From: a virus
Taxonomy: Duplodnaviria; Caudoviricetes
Reading direction: 5' to 3' (one strand)
DNA length: 64,000 nucleotides
Virus record (IMG/VR): IMGVR_UViG_3300033177_000258
The stretch's first letter is position 1. Every line of letters begins with the position of its first letter. Made by a program: the position numbers and the translations under genes. Shown here in pieces: positions 18,974 to 27,412 of this stretch. The notes beneath the pieces were generated by a model. That model was not told the origin of the DNA and did not search any database. It was given only the letters and a program-made list of their open reading frames with translations.

Positions 18974-21547
18974 ATGCCCGAAACACAGCAGCACATCAAA
19001 GTGCTATCGGCACCCATTGACCTGACCCCGGTAGTGGCCGACAACTGGACGCAGCTCTACATGAGTTATGTCCTGTGTCATGCGCTGCCGGCCATTAACG
19101 CCAATAGCGATAGCTGGACCCCGGCCACCCTGGCCAACTCATTCAAGTCCGTCATCCACAGCCCGTTCAACATCGAGCACTGGGACACCGACATCGTGGG
19201 CCACACCTACGACGCCGCCCTCATCGAGCAGGACGGGCAGGTCTTCATCGTCGGCGCCGCCGTCATCTACCGCGACATCTTCTACTGCCTCGCGCACGAC
19301 CTGCAGAACAACGAGGAAGAGGGCAACAACTGGCGCGTCAGCATGGAGTGCTACTTCGATAAGGTGGCGCTCTCCTACAAGGGGCGCACGTACACCGAGA
19401 AGAGTGAACGCTGGAAAGAGCTCTCACCCTACATGGGCGCGCTCTACGACGGCAAGCCCGTCGTGCGGCTCCTCGGTGGTGCGGAGGATGACTCTCGCGT
19501 CTTCTTCAGCGGCGCCGCGCTGGTCAAGGTCCCCGCCGACACGAACGCGCGCATCCTCTCCGTCAAGTACGTTGACAACGATGGCAAGGCCGCCGAGAAG
19601 ACCTACGACGCATCGGTGGCGTCCCGCATCATCCGCGTCTCGCCCGAGCCGGTTGTCTTGTCGCGCGGCAGTCTGGCTACGGCTAGCGATGTCTCCCGTC
19701 GCATCGAAGAGTTGCGCGAGACCGTGGCCGAGCGCCGCGCCGCGAACTCCATTTCCAACATCTGCCCCCTCAGCTACGGGGACTGCGCCATGGCGAAGCC
19801 GAGCGCGGACGGCCTGGCCTGCCTGAACTTCGACCCCGTGTCGGCGACTTGCAGCAACTACGACCCCGGCACCGAACCACTGGATATAACCCCCATCGTG
19901 GATGTCATCGAGCAGCAGAGTTCCGTCAGCCCCGAGCCGGCTGAGGGGTCTGCTTTGTCGGGCTTCGAGAACGACCTGTACAAGCTGCAGGTATCCGAGA
20001 CGGACGCCGGCGTCATTCTCCAAGTCCTCATCAAGAACCCGGACGGCTCCTGGTCCGAGCACGAAAGCAACACCGTCCCACACGACATCGCAGGACAGCG
20101 CATCGAAGAGTGGGTCACGGTACTAGCTGACGGCCTGGACGATGTAGGCGAACTGGTTGGCGAGCTCGATGAAGCGATGGCGGCCGAAGCCGGCATGTTC
20201 ATCATCAGCGACAGCACTGACGCAGCCGTATGGACGCAGAAGTACGTCAACGACCTTCCTGACGCGGCTTTCGCCGGTCTCCTGCCGGGCGGCAAGAAGG
20301 ACGAGGGCGGCAACACTGCTCCCCGCGCCAAGCGGAAGCTCCCCCATCATGATGCTTCGGTCAAGAAGTCCGACGAGAATGGCAGTGTGGGCCTTGCCCC
20401 TCTGCGCAACGCGTTGGCGCGTCTGCCGATGACGCAGTGCCCGAGCAGCATGAAGAAGCGCATGAAGTCGCACCTCGCTGCACACGCTAAGGTGTTGCTC
20501 AAGGGCGATAGTGGCAAAAGTTCTCTGACACAGGCCACAGATACACGGAATACTTCTGACACGAGAGGTGACACGGCAATGCCTATGACCACTGAAGACT
20601 TCAAGCAGATGCTCGACGAGAGCGTCGCCACCGCTATCAAGCCCATCGGCGACAAGCTCGAAACCTTCGCCAGCGGACTCGGCGAGGTCCAGGAAGAGCT
20701 CAAGTCGCGCGGCAGCCAGCTCGACGGACTGCTGACCGCCCAGCGCACCGAGACCCGCCTGGCCCAGCTCGACCCGCTCCCGATTACGGACGATGTGCGC
20801 GCCCTGGCCAACGACATGAGCGACGAGATGTGGGGCAAGTACGTCGCTTCATCCCAGCCGTTCATCCAGGCCGCGAAGGACGCCGCCGCAGCCGCCCAGG
20901 CCGAGACGGAGACCGCCCAGGCCGAGACGGAGACCGCCCAGGCCGAGACTGAGACCCAGACCGAGACGCCCGCCGATGGCGGCGAAGCCCAGGCCCAGGC
21001 CCAGACCGAGACCCAGAACGAGACCCCCGCTGAGGGCGGCGAGGCCCAGGCCGAGACTGAGACCCAGACCGAGACGCCCGCCGATGGCGGCGAAGCCCAG
21101 GCCCAGACCGAGACCCAGACCGAGACCCAGACCGAGACCCCCGCTGAGGGCGGCGAGGCCCAGGCCGAGACTGAGACCCAGACCGAGACGCCCGCCGATG
21201 GCGGCGAAGCCCAGGCCCAGGCCGAGACCCAGACCGAGACCCTCGCTGAGGGTGGCGAGGCCCAGGCCGAGACCGAGACGCAGGACGAGGAAGCCAGCGC
21301 CCAGACCGAAGGTGGCGAAGGCGGCGAGGCTCAGGCCTCCCAGCAGCAGCCACCGGCCGGCGCCCAACTCCCCGTGACCAGCGGCGGCGGCGGCAGCGCG
21401 CAGAGCATGTTCGTCTTCCGTGGCCCTGGCGGCGAGACCGCTGCGGGCGGCTCAGTCGGCGAAGTGTCCGCGAAGGGTAGCTACGAGGCCCTGACCCAGG
21501 GCTACCAGAAGCTGTGGCACGAGCAGCTCAAGTCGTCCGACGAGTAG
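18974..21547 (+). CDS. prohead protease-scaffold fusion (with a DUF6582-like segment)
   Basis: ATG 18974 after AAGAGGT; NIEH..IVGH, VSMECYF, FSGAALV..PA; LPDAAFA..RKLPHHD..LRNALAR; acidic repetitive C-terminus. Confidence 0.75.
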   Translation: MPETQQHIKVLSAPIDLTPVVADNWTQLYMSYVLCHALPAINANSDSWTPATLANSFKSVIHSPFNIEHWDTDIVGHTYDAALIEQDGQVFIVGAAVIYRDIFYCLAHDLQNNEEEGNNWRVSMECYFDKVALSYKGRTYTEKSERWKELSPYMGALYDGKPVVRLLGGAEDDSRVFFSGAALVKVPADTNARILSVKYVDNDGKAAEKTYDASVASRIIRVSPEPVVLSRGSLATASDVSRRIEELRETVAERRAANSISNICPLSYGDCAMAKPSADGLACLNFDPVSATCSNYDPGTEPLDITPIVDVIEQQSSVSPEPAEGSALSGFENDLYKLQVSETDAGVILQVLIKNPDGSWSEHESNTVPHDIAGQRIEEWVTVLADGLDDVGELVGELDEAMAAEAGMFIISDSTDAAVWTQKYVNDLPDAAFAGLLPGGKKDEGGNTAPRAKRKLPHHDASVKKSDENGSVGLAPLRNALARLPMTQCPSSMKKRMKSHLAAHAKVLLKGDSGKSSLTQATDTRNTSDTRGDTAMPMTTEDFKQMLDESVATAIKPIGDKLETFASGLGEVQEELKSRGSQLDGLLTAQRTETRLAQLDPLPITDDVRALANDMSDEMWGKYVASSQPFIQAAKDAAAAAQAETETAQAETETAQAETETQTETPADGGEAQAQAQTETQNETPAEGGEAQAETETQTETPADGGEAQAQTETQTETQTETPAEGGEAQAETETQTETPADGGEAQAQAETQTETLAEGGEAQAETETQDEEASAQTEGGEGGEAQASQQQPPAGAQLPVTSGGGGSAQSMFVFRGPGGETAAGGSVGEVSAKGSYEALTQGYQKLWHEQLKSSDE
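20546..20556 (+). promoter_or_regulatory. putative late promoter motif (3/9), intragenic
   Basis: CGGAATACTTC followed by GAGAGGTG RBS and an in-frame ATG at 20579. Confidence 0.7.
20579..21547 (+). CDS. nested in-frame scaffolding protein (322 aa)
   Basis: Own promoter motif, RBS and ATG inside the protease gene; coiled-coil then acidic repeats. Confidence 0.65.
   Translation: MPMTTEDFKQMLDESVATAIKPIGDKLETFASGLGEVQEELKSRGSQLDGLLTAQRTETRLAQLDPLPITDDVRALANDMSDEMWGKYVASSQPFIQAAKDAAAAAQAETETAQAETETAQAETETQTETPADGGEAQAQAQTETQNETPAEGGEAQAETETQTETPADGGEAQAQTETQTETQTETPAEGGEAQAETETQTETPADGGEAQAQAETQTETLAEGGEAQAETETQDEEASAQTEGGEGGEAQASQQQPPAGAQLPVTSGGGGSAQSMFVFRGPGGETAAGGSVGEVSAKGSYEALTQGYQKLWHEQLKSSDE
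20894..21283 (+). repeat. coding tandem repeats (AQAETET / TETPA[DE]GGEAQA)
   Basis: GCCCAGGCCGAGAC..GAGACCCAGACC units repeated. Confidence 0.9.
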
Positions 21548-21642
21548 TACCTGACCAAGGCAGCAACCAGTCGTTTGACCGATAGACGTTCCCAATACCC
21601 GCCACTTTAGTGGCGGAGCATCCTGAGCACGAGGTGTAACCA

Positions 21643-22200
21643 ATGGCTCGCAAGTTCCAGAGGATTCTTGGTGGGTATGAGGCTCCGTTCTTCAAGACGG
21701 AGAGCGGCTTCATCCCCAACGGTGCCTCCTTGGTGGAAGCGGGTCTGGCCGTCATGTACAAGTCCGGTTCTCCGGTCGCTGACATTGACGAAGCCCAGCC
21801 CATCGTCCTGAGCGACGGTACTTCCGCCATCGGGCTCCTGAACCAGGATGTTACCCCGTCCCGTGCCGCCTCTACCCTCGGGTATGTGGTCGGCTCCAAG
21901 ACGGAAGGTAACTTCCGACGCCGCCTGACGCACGAGGCCGAAGAAGGCGACGTGTGCGCCGTAACCATCGGCCCGGCCCACTGCATCATCCCCGACGAGT
22001 GTTACGTCGGGACCCCGGCCCCCAGCAATCCGCTCTACGTGACGAACGCAGGCAAGCTCACCGCTGCCTACAACGCCACCCCGAGTGCGACCGAAGGCGG
22101 CCTCATGGCGGCGGTCTGTGAGAGCGCCCCCACGGCAGATGGAAACATCCGTATCCTTCTGCTGGGACCCTACGCTACATACTACAGCTACGTGGCCTAA
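21643..22200 (+). CDS. putative capsid decoration/cement protein
   Basis: Between scaffold and major capsid genes; IGLLNQDV..LYVTNAGKLT. Confidence 0.6.
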   Translation: MARKFQRILGGYEAPFFKTESGFIPNGASLVEAGLAVMYKSGSPVADIDEAQPIVLSDGTSAIGLLNQDVTPSRAASTLGYVVGSKTEGNFRRRLTHEAEEGDVCAVTIGPAHCIIPDECYVGTPAPSNPLYVTNAGKLTAAYNATPSATEGGLMAAVCESAPTADGNIRILLLGPYATYYSYVA

Positions 22201-22217
22201 CAGGAGGTAGATGAGTA

Positions 22218-23174
22218 ATGAGCAAGACAGCCTTCCAGCGCAAGCGCATCGCCTCCTTCTTCAACCCGAAGCTGGCAGACAATGACATCAAGGCGGGCCT
22301 CGCTGCCGCCGTAGCCAGCCCCGACGAGTTCAGGAAGTGGGCCGCCAGTCTGACTGACCCCATCGTCATCGGACTGGACGACATGAGCACCGTGCGCGGC
22401 ATCTTCTCCGTCCAGTCGTTCTCGGTCGGCCAGGAGATTTCGTTCCCGGTCTTCAACAAGGACGAACTGGTGAGCCAGATTTGGACTGTGCCGCAGCTCT
22501 ACAGCCAGCCCACTCAGCTCCCCATCGCGGACATCGCGTACCCGACCACGTATGAGCTCGGCACCTCCATGGAGTGGCCGAAGCGCATGCAGCAGGACGG
22601 ACGCATTGATGTGGTCAACATGTGCCTCCGTCTCATCAGCGAGGCCATCGCCGCCGCCGAGGAAGCCTCCGGCTGGGCGCTCCTGAAGACCGCATCCACC
22701 GCCGCCAACACCGCCGTGCAGCTCGATGACGGGGCCGCGGGTCACGACTCGTTCTCGCCTCAGCTCCTGAAGCTCATGCTAGCCCGGATGATGGAACACC
22801 CCACCAACCCGCGCCAGCAGATGGGCCGGCAGCTCACCGACATCTACGGCGCGCCGACGCGCCTCCTCGACACCATTGACTGGACTTCCATGTACGGCAA
22901 CGCCGAGAAGTCTGCCGTCATCCGCAGCGGGGCCATTGACCGCGTGATGGGCGTCCAGCTCACCCCGTACTGGGGCCTGACCCAGTACGAGCTCTACGGG
23001 TTCGACCTGAGCGCCAAGGAAGAGGCCTTCAACATGGCTCTCCAGGGCGCCTTCGAGTCCGAAGAGCTGGTCGGGGCCGCCGACAACTGGCGCGTGGGTG
23101 TCCGGGTCCGCGAGATTATCGGCTTCCTCGTGAAGGATGCCCGGTACCTCCTCAAGGGTATCGTGGGCACGTAG
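22218..23174 (+). CDS. major capsid protein (HK97 fold)
   Basis: 318 aa, AGGAGG RBS, position in module, followed by terminator; RIDVV..AIAAAEE..GW. Confidence 0.75.
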   Translation: MSKTAFQRKRIASFFNPKLADNDIKAGLAAAVASPDEFRKWAASLTDPIVIGLDDMSTVRGIFSVQSFSVGQEISFPVFNKDELVSQIWTVPQLYSQPTQLPIADIAYPTTYELGTSMEWPKRMQQDGRIDVVNMCLRLISEAIAAAEEASGWALLKTASTAANTAVQLDDGAAGHDSFSPQLLKLMLARMMEHPTNPRQQMGRQLTDIYGAPTRLLDTIDWTSMYGNAEKSAVIRSGAIDRVMGVQLTPYWGLTQYELYGFDLSAKEEAFNMALQGAFESEELVGAADNWRVGVRVREIIGFLVKDARYLLKGIVGT

Positions 23175-23204
23175 TTAGCCACGAGCCAGACAGCAGGATA
23201 GGAG

Positions 23205-23233
23205 AGGGGGCGTCGCGAGGCGCCCCCTTTTTT
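23205..23233 (+). terminator. intrinsic terminator
   Basis: AGGGGGCGTC-GCGA-GGCGCCCCCT then T-run. Confidence 0.85.
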
Positions 23234-23252
23234 GCGCCCGGACCCTGCGGTA

Positions 23253-23263
23253 CGGAATACTTC
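23253..23263 (+). promoter_or_regulatory. putative late promoter motif (4/9)
   Basis: CGGAATACTTC ending 8 nt before tnpB ATG 23272. Confidence 0.75.
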
Positions 23264-23272
23264 AAGTACCAA

Positions 23273-23328
23273 TGCCAACCGCTTACAGGTCTGTAACCAT
23301 TGCCAACCGCTTACAGGTCTGTAACCAT
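23273..23328 (+). repeat. perfect 28-bp tandem duplication at tnpB start
   Basis: TGCCAACCGCTTACAGGTCTGTAACCAT x2. Confidence 0.95.
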
Positions 23329-24493
23329 TGACTGGCTCCCCCGCTCGCAGGCCGAGTGGGCTACATTCACGGCTGCCCGCCGTGAAGCTGGCCGACTCTG
23401 GTCCGACTTGGTAGAGCGCCATCTGCGCATCCGTCGCCGCCAACTCAAGTGGCCGTCAGAAAAGCGCTGGCGCAAATGGGCCAAAGGCAAGTACCCCAAT
23501 CTCCATAGCCAGTCCGTGCAACTAATCATATCCGAGTTCTGCGAAGCACTTGCTTCGGCAGCTACCCTGCGCCGCAATGGGCACCCAGAGGCCAACTACC
23601 CACATAAGCCTCGTGAGTTCCATGGGGTCCCGCATACGAACCAGGGCGCGGTGGTGCGGGATGCCAACTTGCGGTTGTCCAATGGTTCTGCCGGCTATCT
23701 CTACATCCCGCTCCCGCGTACCATTGTTCTTCCTGGCCGACTTATGGAGGCCAGACTCACCTATGGTGCAGTAATCTTGGTCTGCCAATGTGAAGCCCAG
23801 ATTACCCCGACCGGCCCCATTCTCGGCATAGACCTCGGCGTCAATACGCTCCTCGCCGCCACAGATGGCCAGACCGCAGTTCTCGTCTCGGGTCGCGAAG
23901 CAAAAGCCACAGTCCAATGGCGCGCTAAGCGTCTGGCGTCTCTCCGCAGTAAGCAGTCCAACTGTCACCGGGGCTCCCGTCAGTATGGCCGGCTCCAGCG
24001 CCGCAAGCATAAGCTGCTGAAGAAGTCTGAGAACCGAGTCAAAGACCTCACTCACAAGGCTACGCGCACGATTGCGGACGCGTTCCCAGGAGCTAAGTGT
24101 TACGTCGGCGAGCCGTTCAATGACGCCGCTCAGAAGCTCGGCAGACGCCAGGCTCAACAGGTTTCAGAAGCCTGCAATTCTCGCATTATTACGCAACTCG
24201 ACTACAAGACGGCCGGTGCCATTACGGTAGGCGAGGCGTATAGTTCCCAAACGTGTCCCGTTTGCGGAACTCGGAACAAGTGTCGGCGAACCTACCGCTG
24301 TTGTGACTGCGGCTTTACTGCCCATCGTGACGTGGTGGGTTCCGCCAACATCCGCTGCATCGGGATGCGCGGCGAGCTTGTTCCAGGCTGTGACGTGCCT
24401 AACGTCTGGACCTACAAGTATCCTGGGGTCATCGCTCCAGGTAGTTCCGGGGGACGCCCGGCATGTAGCTCGCGCAAGCGAGAAGCCGCTTAG
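23300..24493 (+). CDS. tnpB: TnpB RNA-guided endonuclease (IS200/IS605 family)
   Basis: RuvC-I GIDLG, RuvC-II YVGEP, SSQTCPVCG..CCDCG zinc ribbon, RuvC-III HRDVVGSANI; original ATG 23272 is out of frame because of the duplication. Confidence 0.92.
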   Translation: MPTAYRSVTIDWLPRSQAEWATFTAARREAGRLWSDLVERHLRIRRRQLKWPSEKRWRKWAKGKYPNLHSQSVQLIISEFCEALASAATLRRNGHPEANYPHKPREFHGVPHTNQGAVVRDANLRLSNGSAGYLYIPLPRTIVLPGRLMEARLTYGAVILVCQCEAQITPTGPILGIDLGVNTLLAATDGQTAVLVSGREAKATVQWRAKRLASLRSKQSNCHRGSRQYGRLQRRKHKLLKKSENRVKDLTHKATRTIADAFPGAKCYVGEPFNDAAQKLGRRQAQQVSEACNSRIITQLDYKTAGAITVGEAYSSQTCPVCGTRNKCRRTYRCCDCGFTAHRDVVGSANIRCIGMRGELVPGCDVPNVWTYKYPGVIAPGSSGGRPACSSRKREAA

Positions 24494-24526
24494 GCGGTAG
24501 CGTCAAGACGCCCCCGCTTCTCTATC
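24416..24526 (+). ncRNA. omegaRNA overlapping tnpB 3' end plus 21-nt guide/flank
   Basis: Hairpins CCTGGGG/CTCCAGG, CTCGC-GCAA-GCGAG, GCCGC-TTAG-GCGGT; loop GACGC can pair with terminal GCGTC. Confidence 0.8.
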
Positions 24527-24527
24527 G

Positions 24528-24538
24528 CGGAATACTTC
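24528..24538 (+). promoter_or_regulatory. putative late promoter motif (5/9)
   Basis: CGGAATACTTC before the neck genes. Confidence 0.75.
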
Positions 24539-24564
24539 ATAGAGACACTACGGAGGGTTCGGCA

Positions 24565-25599
24565 ATGGCAACCATCACCGTCTACCAAGGACAGAACGCA
24601 ACCCTCGAAGTGGCGTTTCGCACCACAGCCGGTGTCAATGTGCCGGTCTACAAGACGGCCGGGGGTGCCGAGGGCGTCAACGTGGTCATCAAGCGCGGCG
24701 GGGTGTCCATGCTCACCAGCACGGGGTCTGGCTCAGATGGTGTCTACTCTTTCCAGAACACCTTCTACCATGGGCAGTGGGAAGAGGGCACCTACAATGT
24801 GACGTTCAGTGGCTTCAACGGTTCCGGCACGGCCGTCTCCATGAGCGCCGAGCTCGTCATCCTCAAGAGCTACGTCTTCACCCCGAGCGGCAACCAATAC
24901 TTCATCGCCGACATCATCCCCTTCTTGGAGGAAGCCATCGGCAATGGCCCCCATTCCGCCATGGGGGAAATGGCGTTCGGCGCGTCTAACGGCACCAACA
25001 GGCGCTTCTCTGTCATGGGGAATAACCTGGTGCCTGGCTCTGAAACCGTGACGAAGATGGCGGCCAGCGGCACCCAGACCGGCTTCACGGCGGGGGCCCA
25101 GAGCAACGGCTACACCGCCGATTACGACAACGGCGTCTTCGACCTCACGGCGGCGCCCGCTGCCGGCGACAGCATCATCGTCAGCTACTTCCACAAGACC
25201 TACAGCCGAGGGCAGCTCACGCAGGCCGCAATGCGCGCCTGTACCGCGCTATCCAACCGTGGGCTCCTGGCAGTATCCAACGTCAATGGCCAACCCACCA
25301 TAGACACCAACCCCGCCACTATCTTGGGCATGCTCATGCTCTCCGCCCAGATTGCGGTCCTGGAAATGCAGGTCCAGGTGGACGCGCGCCGCAGCTTCGA
25401 CTTCACTGACGCCGGCCTGTCCATGAAGCGGAGCAGCATCCCGCGCAATGAGGCCCAGGTGCTCAAGGACTTCAAGCAGCAGTTGGAAGACCAGGTATGC
25501 GCTGCGGCCATGGACACCGTGGCTACCGCGCCGCCCGCCGACGCCGACCGTCCCGAGCCCCAGGTGATGATAAGCACCATCTTCGAGCTTAATCCGTAA
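24565..25599 (+). CDS. head-tail adaptor/neck protein with Ig-like domains
   Basis: First gene after capsid region; YTADYDNGVFDLTAAPAAGDSIIVSY; SFDFTDAGLS. Confidence 0.55.
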   Translation: MATITVYQGQNATLEVAFRTTAGVNVPVYKTAGGAEGVNVVIKRGGVSMLTSTGSGSDGVYSFQNTFYHGQWEEGTYNVTFSGFNGSGTAVSMSAELVILKSYVFTPSGNQYFIADIIPFLEEAIGNGPHSAMGEMAFGASNGTNRRFSVMGNNLVPGSETVTKMAASGTQTGFTAGAQSNGYTADYDNGVFDLTAAPAAGDSIIVSYFHKTYSRGQLTQAAMRACTALSNRGLLAVSNVNGQPTIDTNPATILGMLMLSAQIAVLEMQVQVDARRSFDFTDAGLSMKRSSIPRNEAQVLKDFKQQLEDQVCAAAMDTVATAPPADADRPEPQVMISTIFELNP

Positions 25600-25610
25600 C
25601 GAGGTAAGCA

Positions 25611-26060
25611 ATGGACATGCTGCTCTCACCAGAAGACAGGGCGCAGATTGCTCAGGACACCCATGATGTGATGCGCGCCGTAGGCCGACCCATCACCGTG
25701 CAGGTTGTCACGACAGCAAGCTGCCCAGTCTGTGGCGGGGTAGACCAGACCACTGGCTTCCCTAAGAACCCACTGTGCCCGACCTGCGATGGAACTGGAG
25801 AGAGCCACACCGAACAGCCGGTACAGATTCAGGCCGCTGTGCGCTGGGTGAAGACTGACGACCTGAAGTACACGGAGCCGGGCCGGGTGGACCTGGGTAG
25901 CTGCACCGTTGAAGTCGAGCCGCAGTGGCGCCCGTACTTCAAGGAAGGCATGGAGCTCATGGTTGACGGCCAGCGCGTCACCGTCGTGAACATCGCCGCA
26001 TCGGGCATAGGGCAAGTCAACCGCATCATCGTTGAGTGCCAGAAGGTAGTGGAGCAGTAG
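25611..26060 (+). CDS. head closure-like protein with zinc finger
   Basis: CPVC..CPTCDGTG; position. Confidence 0.55.
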   Translation: MDMLLSPEDRAQIAQDTHDVMRAVGRPITVQVVTTASCPVCGGVDQTTGFPKNPLCPTCDGTGESHTEQPVQIQAAVRWVKTDDLKYTEPGRVDLGSCTVEVEPQWRPYFKEGMELMVDGQRVTVVNIAASGIGQVNRIIVECQKVVEQ

Positions 26061-26065
26061 CGTGA

Positions 26066-26857
26066 ATGCGACGCCCCCTCATCAACCAGCGAGAGCTTGT
26101 CGAAGCCTTCCGGGCTGAAGTTCTTGAAGCCGCCCGGCGCTCCGCCCTGGAAGCTGCCCAGCAAGCCCTGCAACGGTTGAAGAGCCCCGCCATCTGGGGT
26201 TCTCGGCGCGGGGTCCAAGCGGGAGGCAAGTCATTGTGGGGGTCGGCCAAGTCCCGCCCAGGCTTTCACAGCGGGCAGTTGTACCAGGCCGTGAATCTCG
26301 TCGGCCCGTTCGTCACCGGGGACAGAGTGTACGTGGGTATCGGCGACATCAACGTCCTGGACAATCTTCGTCCTCCGTCCTTTTTCGTGCCCGGCCAGAA
26401 CAGGACCATCAAGCGCAACAACAGCCAGCGCCATGGCTACTGGTGGTACCTGGAGTACGGCGTGCAGCCCAACTCCAGCTACCGCTTTGTGCCGGTTGGT
26501 CTCAGCCCCTGGTCCAGGCGAGGGGTAGGACGCACTAAGGGTATGGCCCGCATCAACGACTGGGGCGTGAGCCGCAAAGAGAGCCGCAACATGCTCGTGC
26601 CCATCGCTCGCTCGCCGATGTTCAACATGAAGAAGAACCTGCTGCCGAAACGGCCGGCCGGCGCCGGCTCCAGGTTCTATGGCAATGCGGGAGTAGGCTT
26701 CATGGTTCGCAGCCGCGCTGGCGGACACCCTGGGGTCAGACCAACCTACATGTTCCTGCGGGCCCAGCGCGACATGGAGCGGAGGTTCCAAAGCCTCTTC
26801 AACACTCGCCTGCGGGCCATCAAAGCCAAGTACATGAAGAAACTCATGGGAGGCTAA
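26066..26857 (+). CDS. tail completion (HK97 gp10-like) protein
   Basis: SGQLYQAV, YWWYLEYG, HPGVRPTYMF; very basic. Confidence 0.55.
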   Translation: MRRPLINQRELVEAFRAEVLEAARRSALEAAQQALQRLKSPAIWGSRRGVQAGGKSLWGSAKSRPGFHSGQLYQAVNLVGPFVTGDRVYVGIGDINVLDNLRPPSFFVPGQNRTIKRNNSQRHGYWWYLEYGVQPNSSYRFVPVGLSPWSRRGVGRTKGMARINDWGVSRKESRNMLVPIARSPMFNMKKNLLPKRPAGAGSRFYGNAGVGFMVRSRAGGHPGVRPTYMFLRAQRDMERRFQSLFNTRLRAIKAKYMKKLMGG

Positions 26858-27340
26858 ATGGACTTCACCACTTGCACCCTCAATAGCCTCGTGCGCGCCA
26901 TCATCTCCGGCTTGGGTACCGGCCAGGGAGGGCTGGGGCCGGGCACCTCACTCAACACTCAGGTTGTGCCCAGCTACAAGCATGGCGAGAAGCTCAAGAC
27001 CCTCCCGAAAGTAGCCGTAGACCAGGCGACGAACAGCGGCTTCCCAACTGGATTGGGTGAGATTGGCCGGGCTCGCGAAATGGACATTGCGGTCCACATC
27101 TGGGCCAAGAACATGAGCCAGGGACGCGCGCTGGCGGAGAAGGTTTGGGACATTCTTCTGTTTGCGACCAATGGCGGCATCTTCCCAATCTACGACTACG
27201 GCACCAACCCGGCGCCGCAAGTGGCGGCCGGTCAGCAGTTCCTGGACGAGCGCGGCACCATCACCGAACAGGACGAAGAAGACTCCGGGTACGTGCGGCT
27301 CGTCATCATCTGTCCGATTCTCGTGCACAAGGCCATCTGA
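26858..27340 (+). CDS. tail terminator-like protein
   Basis: LPKVAV..GLG..DIAVHIWA; directly before tail tube. Confidence 0.55.
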   Translation: MDFTTCTLNSLVRAIISGLGTGQGGLGPGTSLNTQVVPSYKHGEKLKTLPKVAVDQATNSGFPTGLGEIGRAREMDIAVHIWAKNMSQGRALAEKVWDILLFATNGGIFPIYDYGTNPAPQVAAGQQFLDERGTITEQDEEDSGYVRLVIICPILVHKAI

Positions 27341-27342
27341 CA

Positions 27343-27353
27343 CGGAATACTTC
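27343..27353 (+). promoter_or_regulatory. putative late promoter motif (6/9)
   Basis: CGGAATACTTC before the tail tube gene. Confidence 0.75.
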
Positions 27354-27412
27354 CAGTGTAAGGTGCGCTGTCCTGCTTAGCTTTTCAGACGACACACAGG
27401 AGGAAACCCTCA

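Noticed and set aside
20894-21283. Possible CRISPR-like array
   Set aside because: In-frame coding repeats with no unique spacers.
23300-24493. Cas12 or nuclease-dead TldR interpretation
   Set aside because: No CRISPR array, and all three RuvC acidic residues are present.
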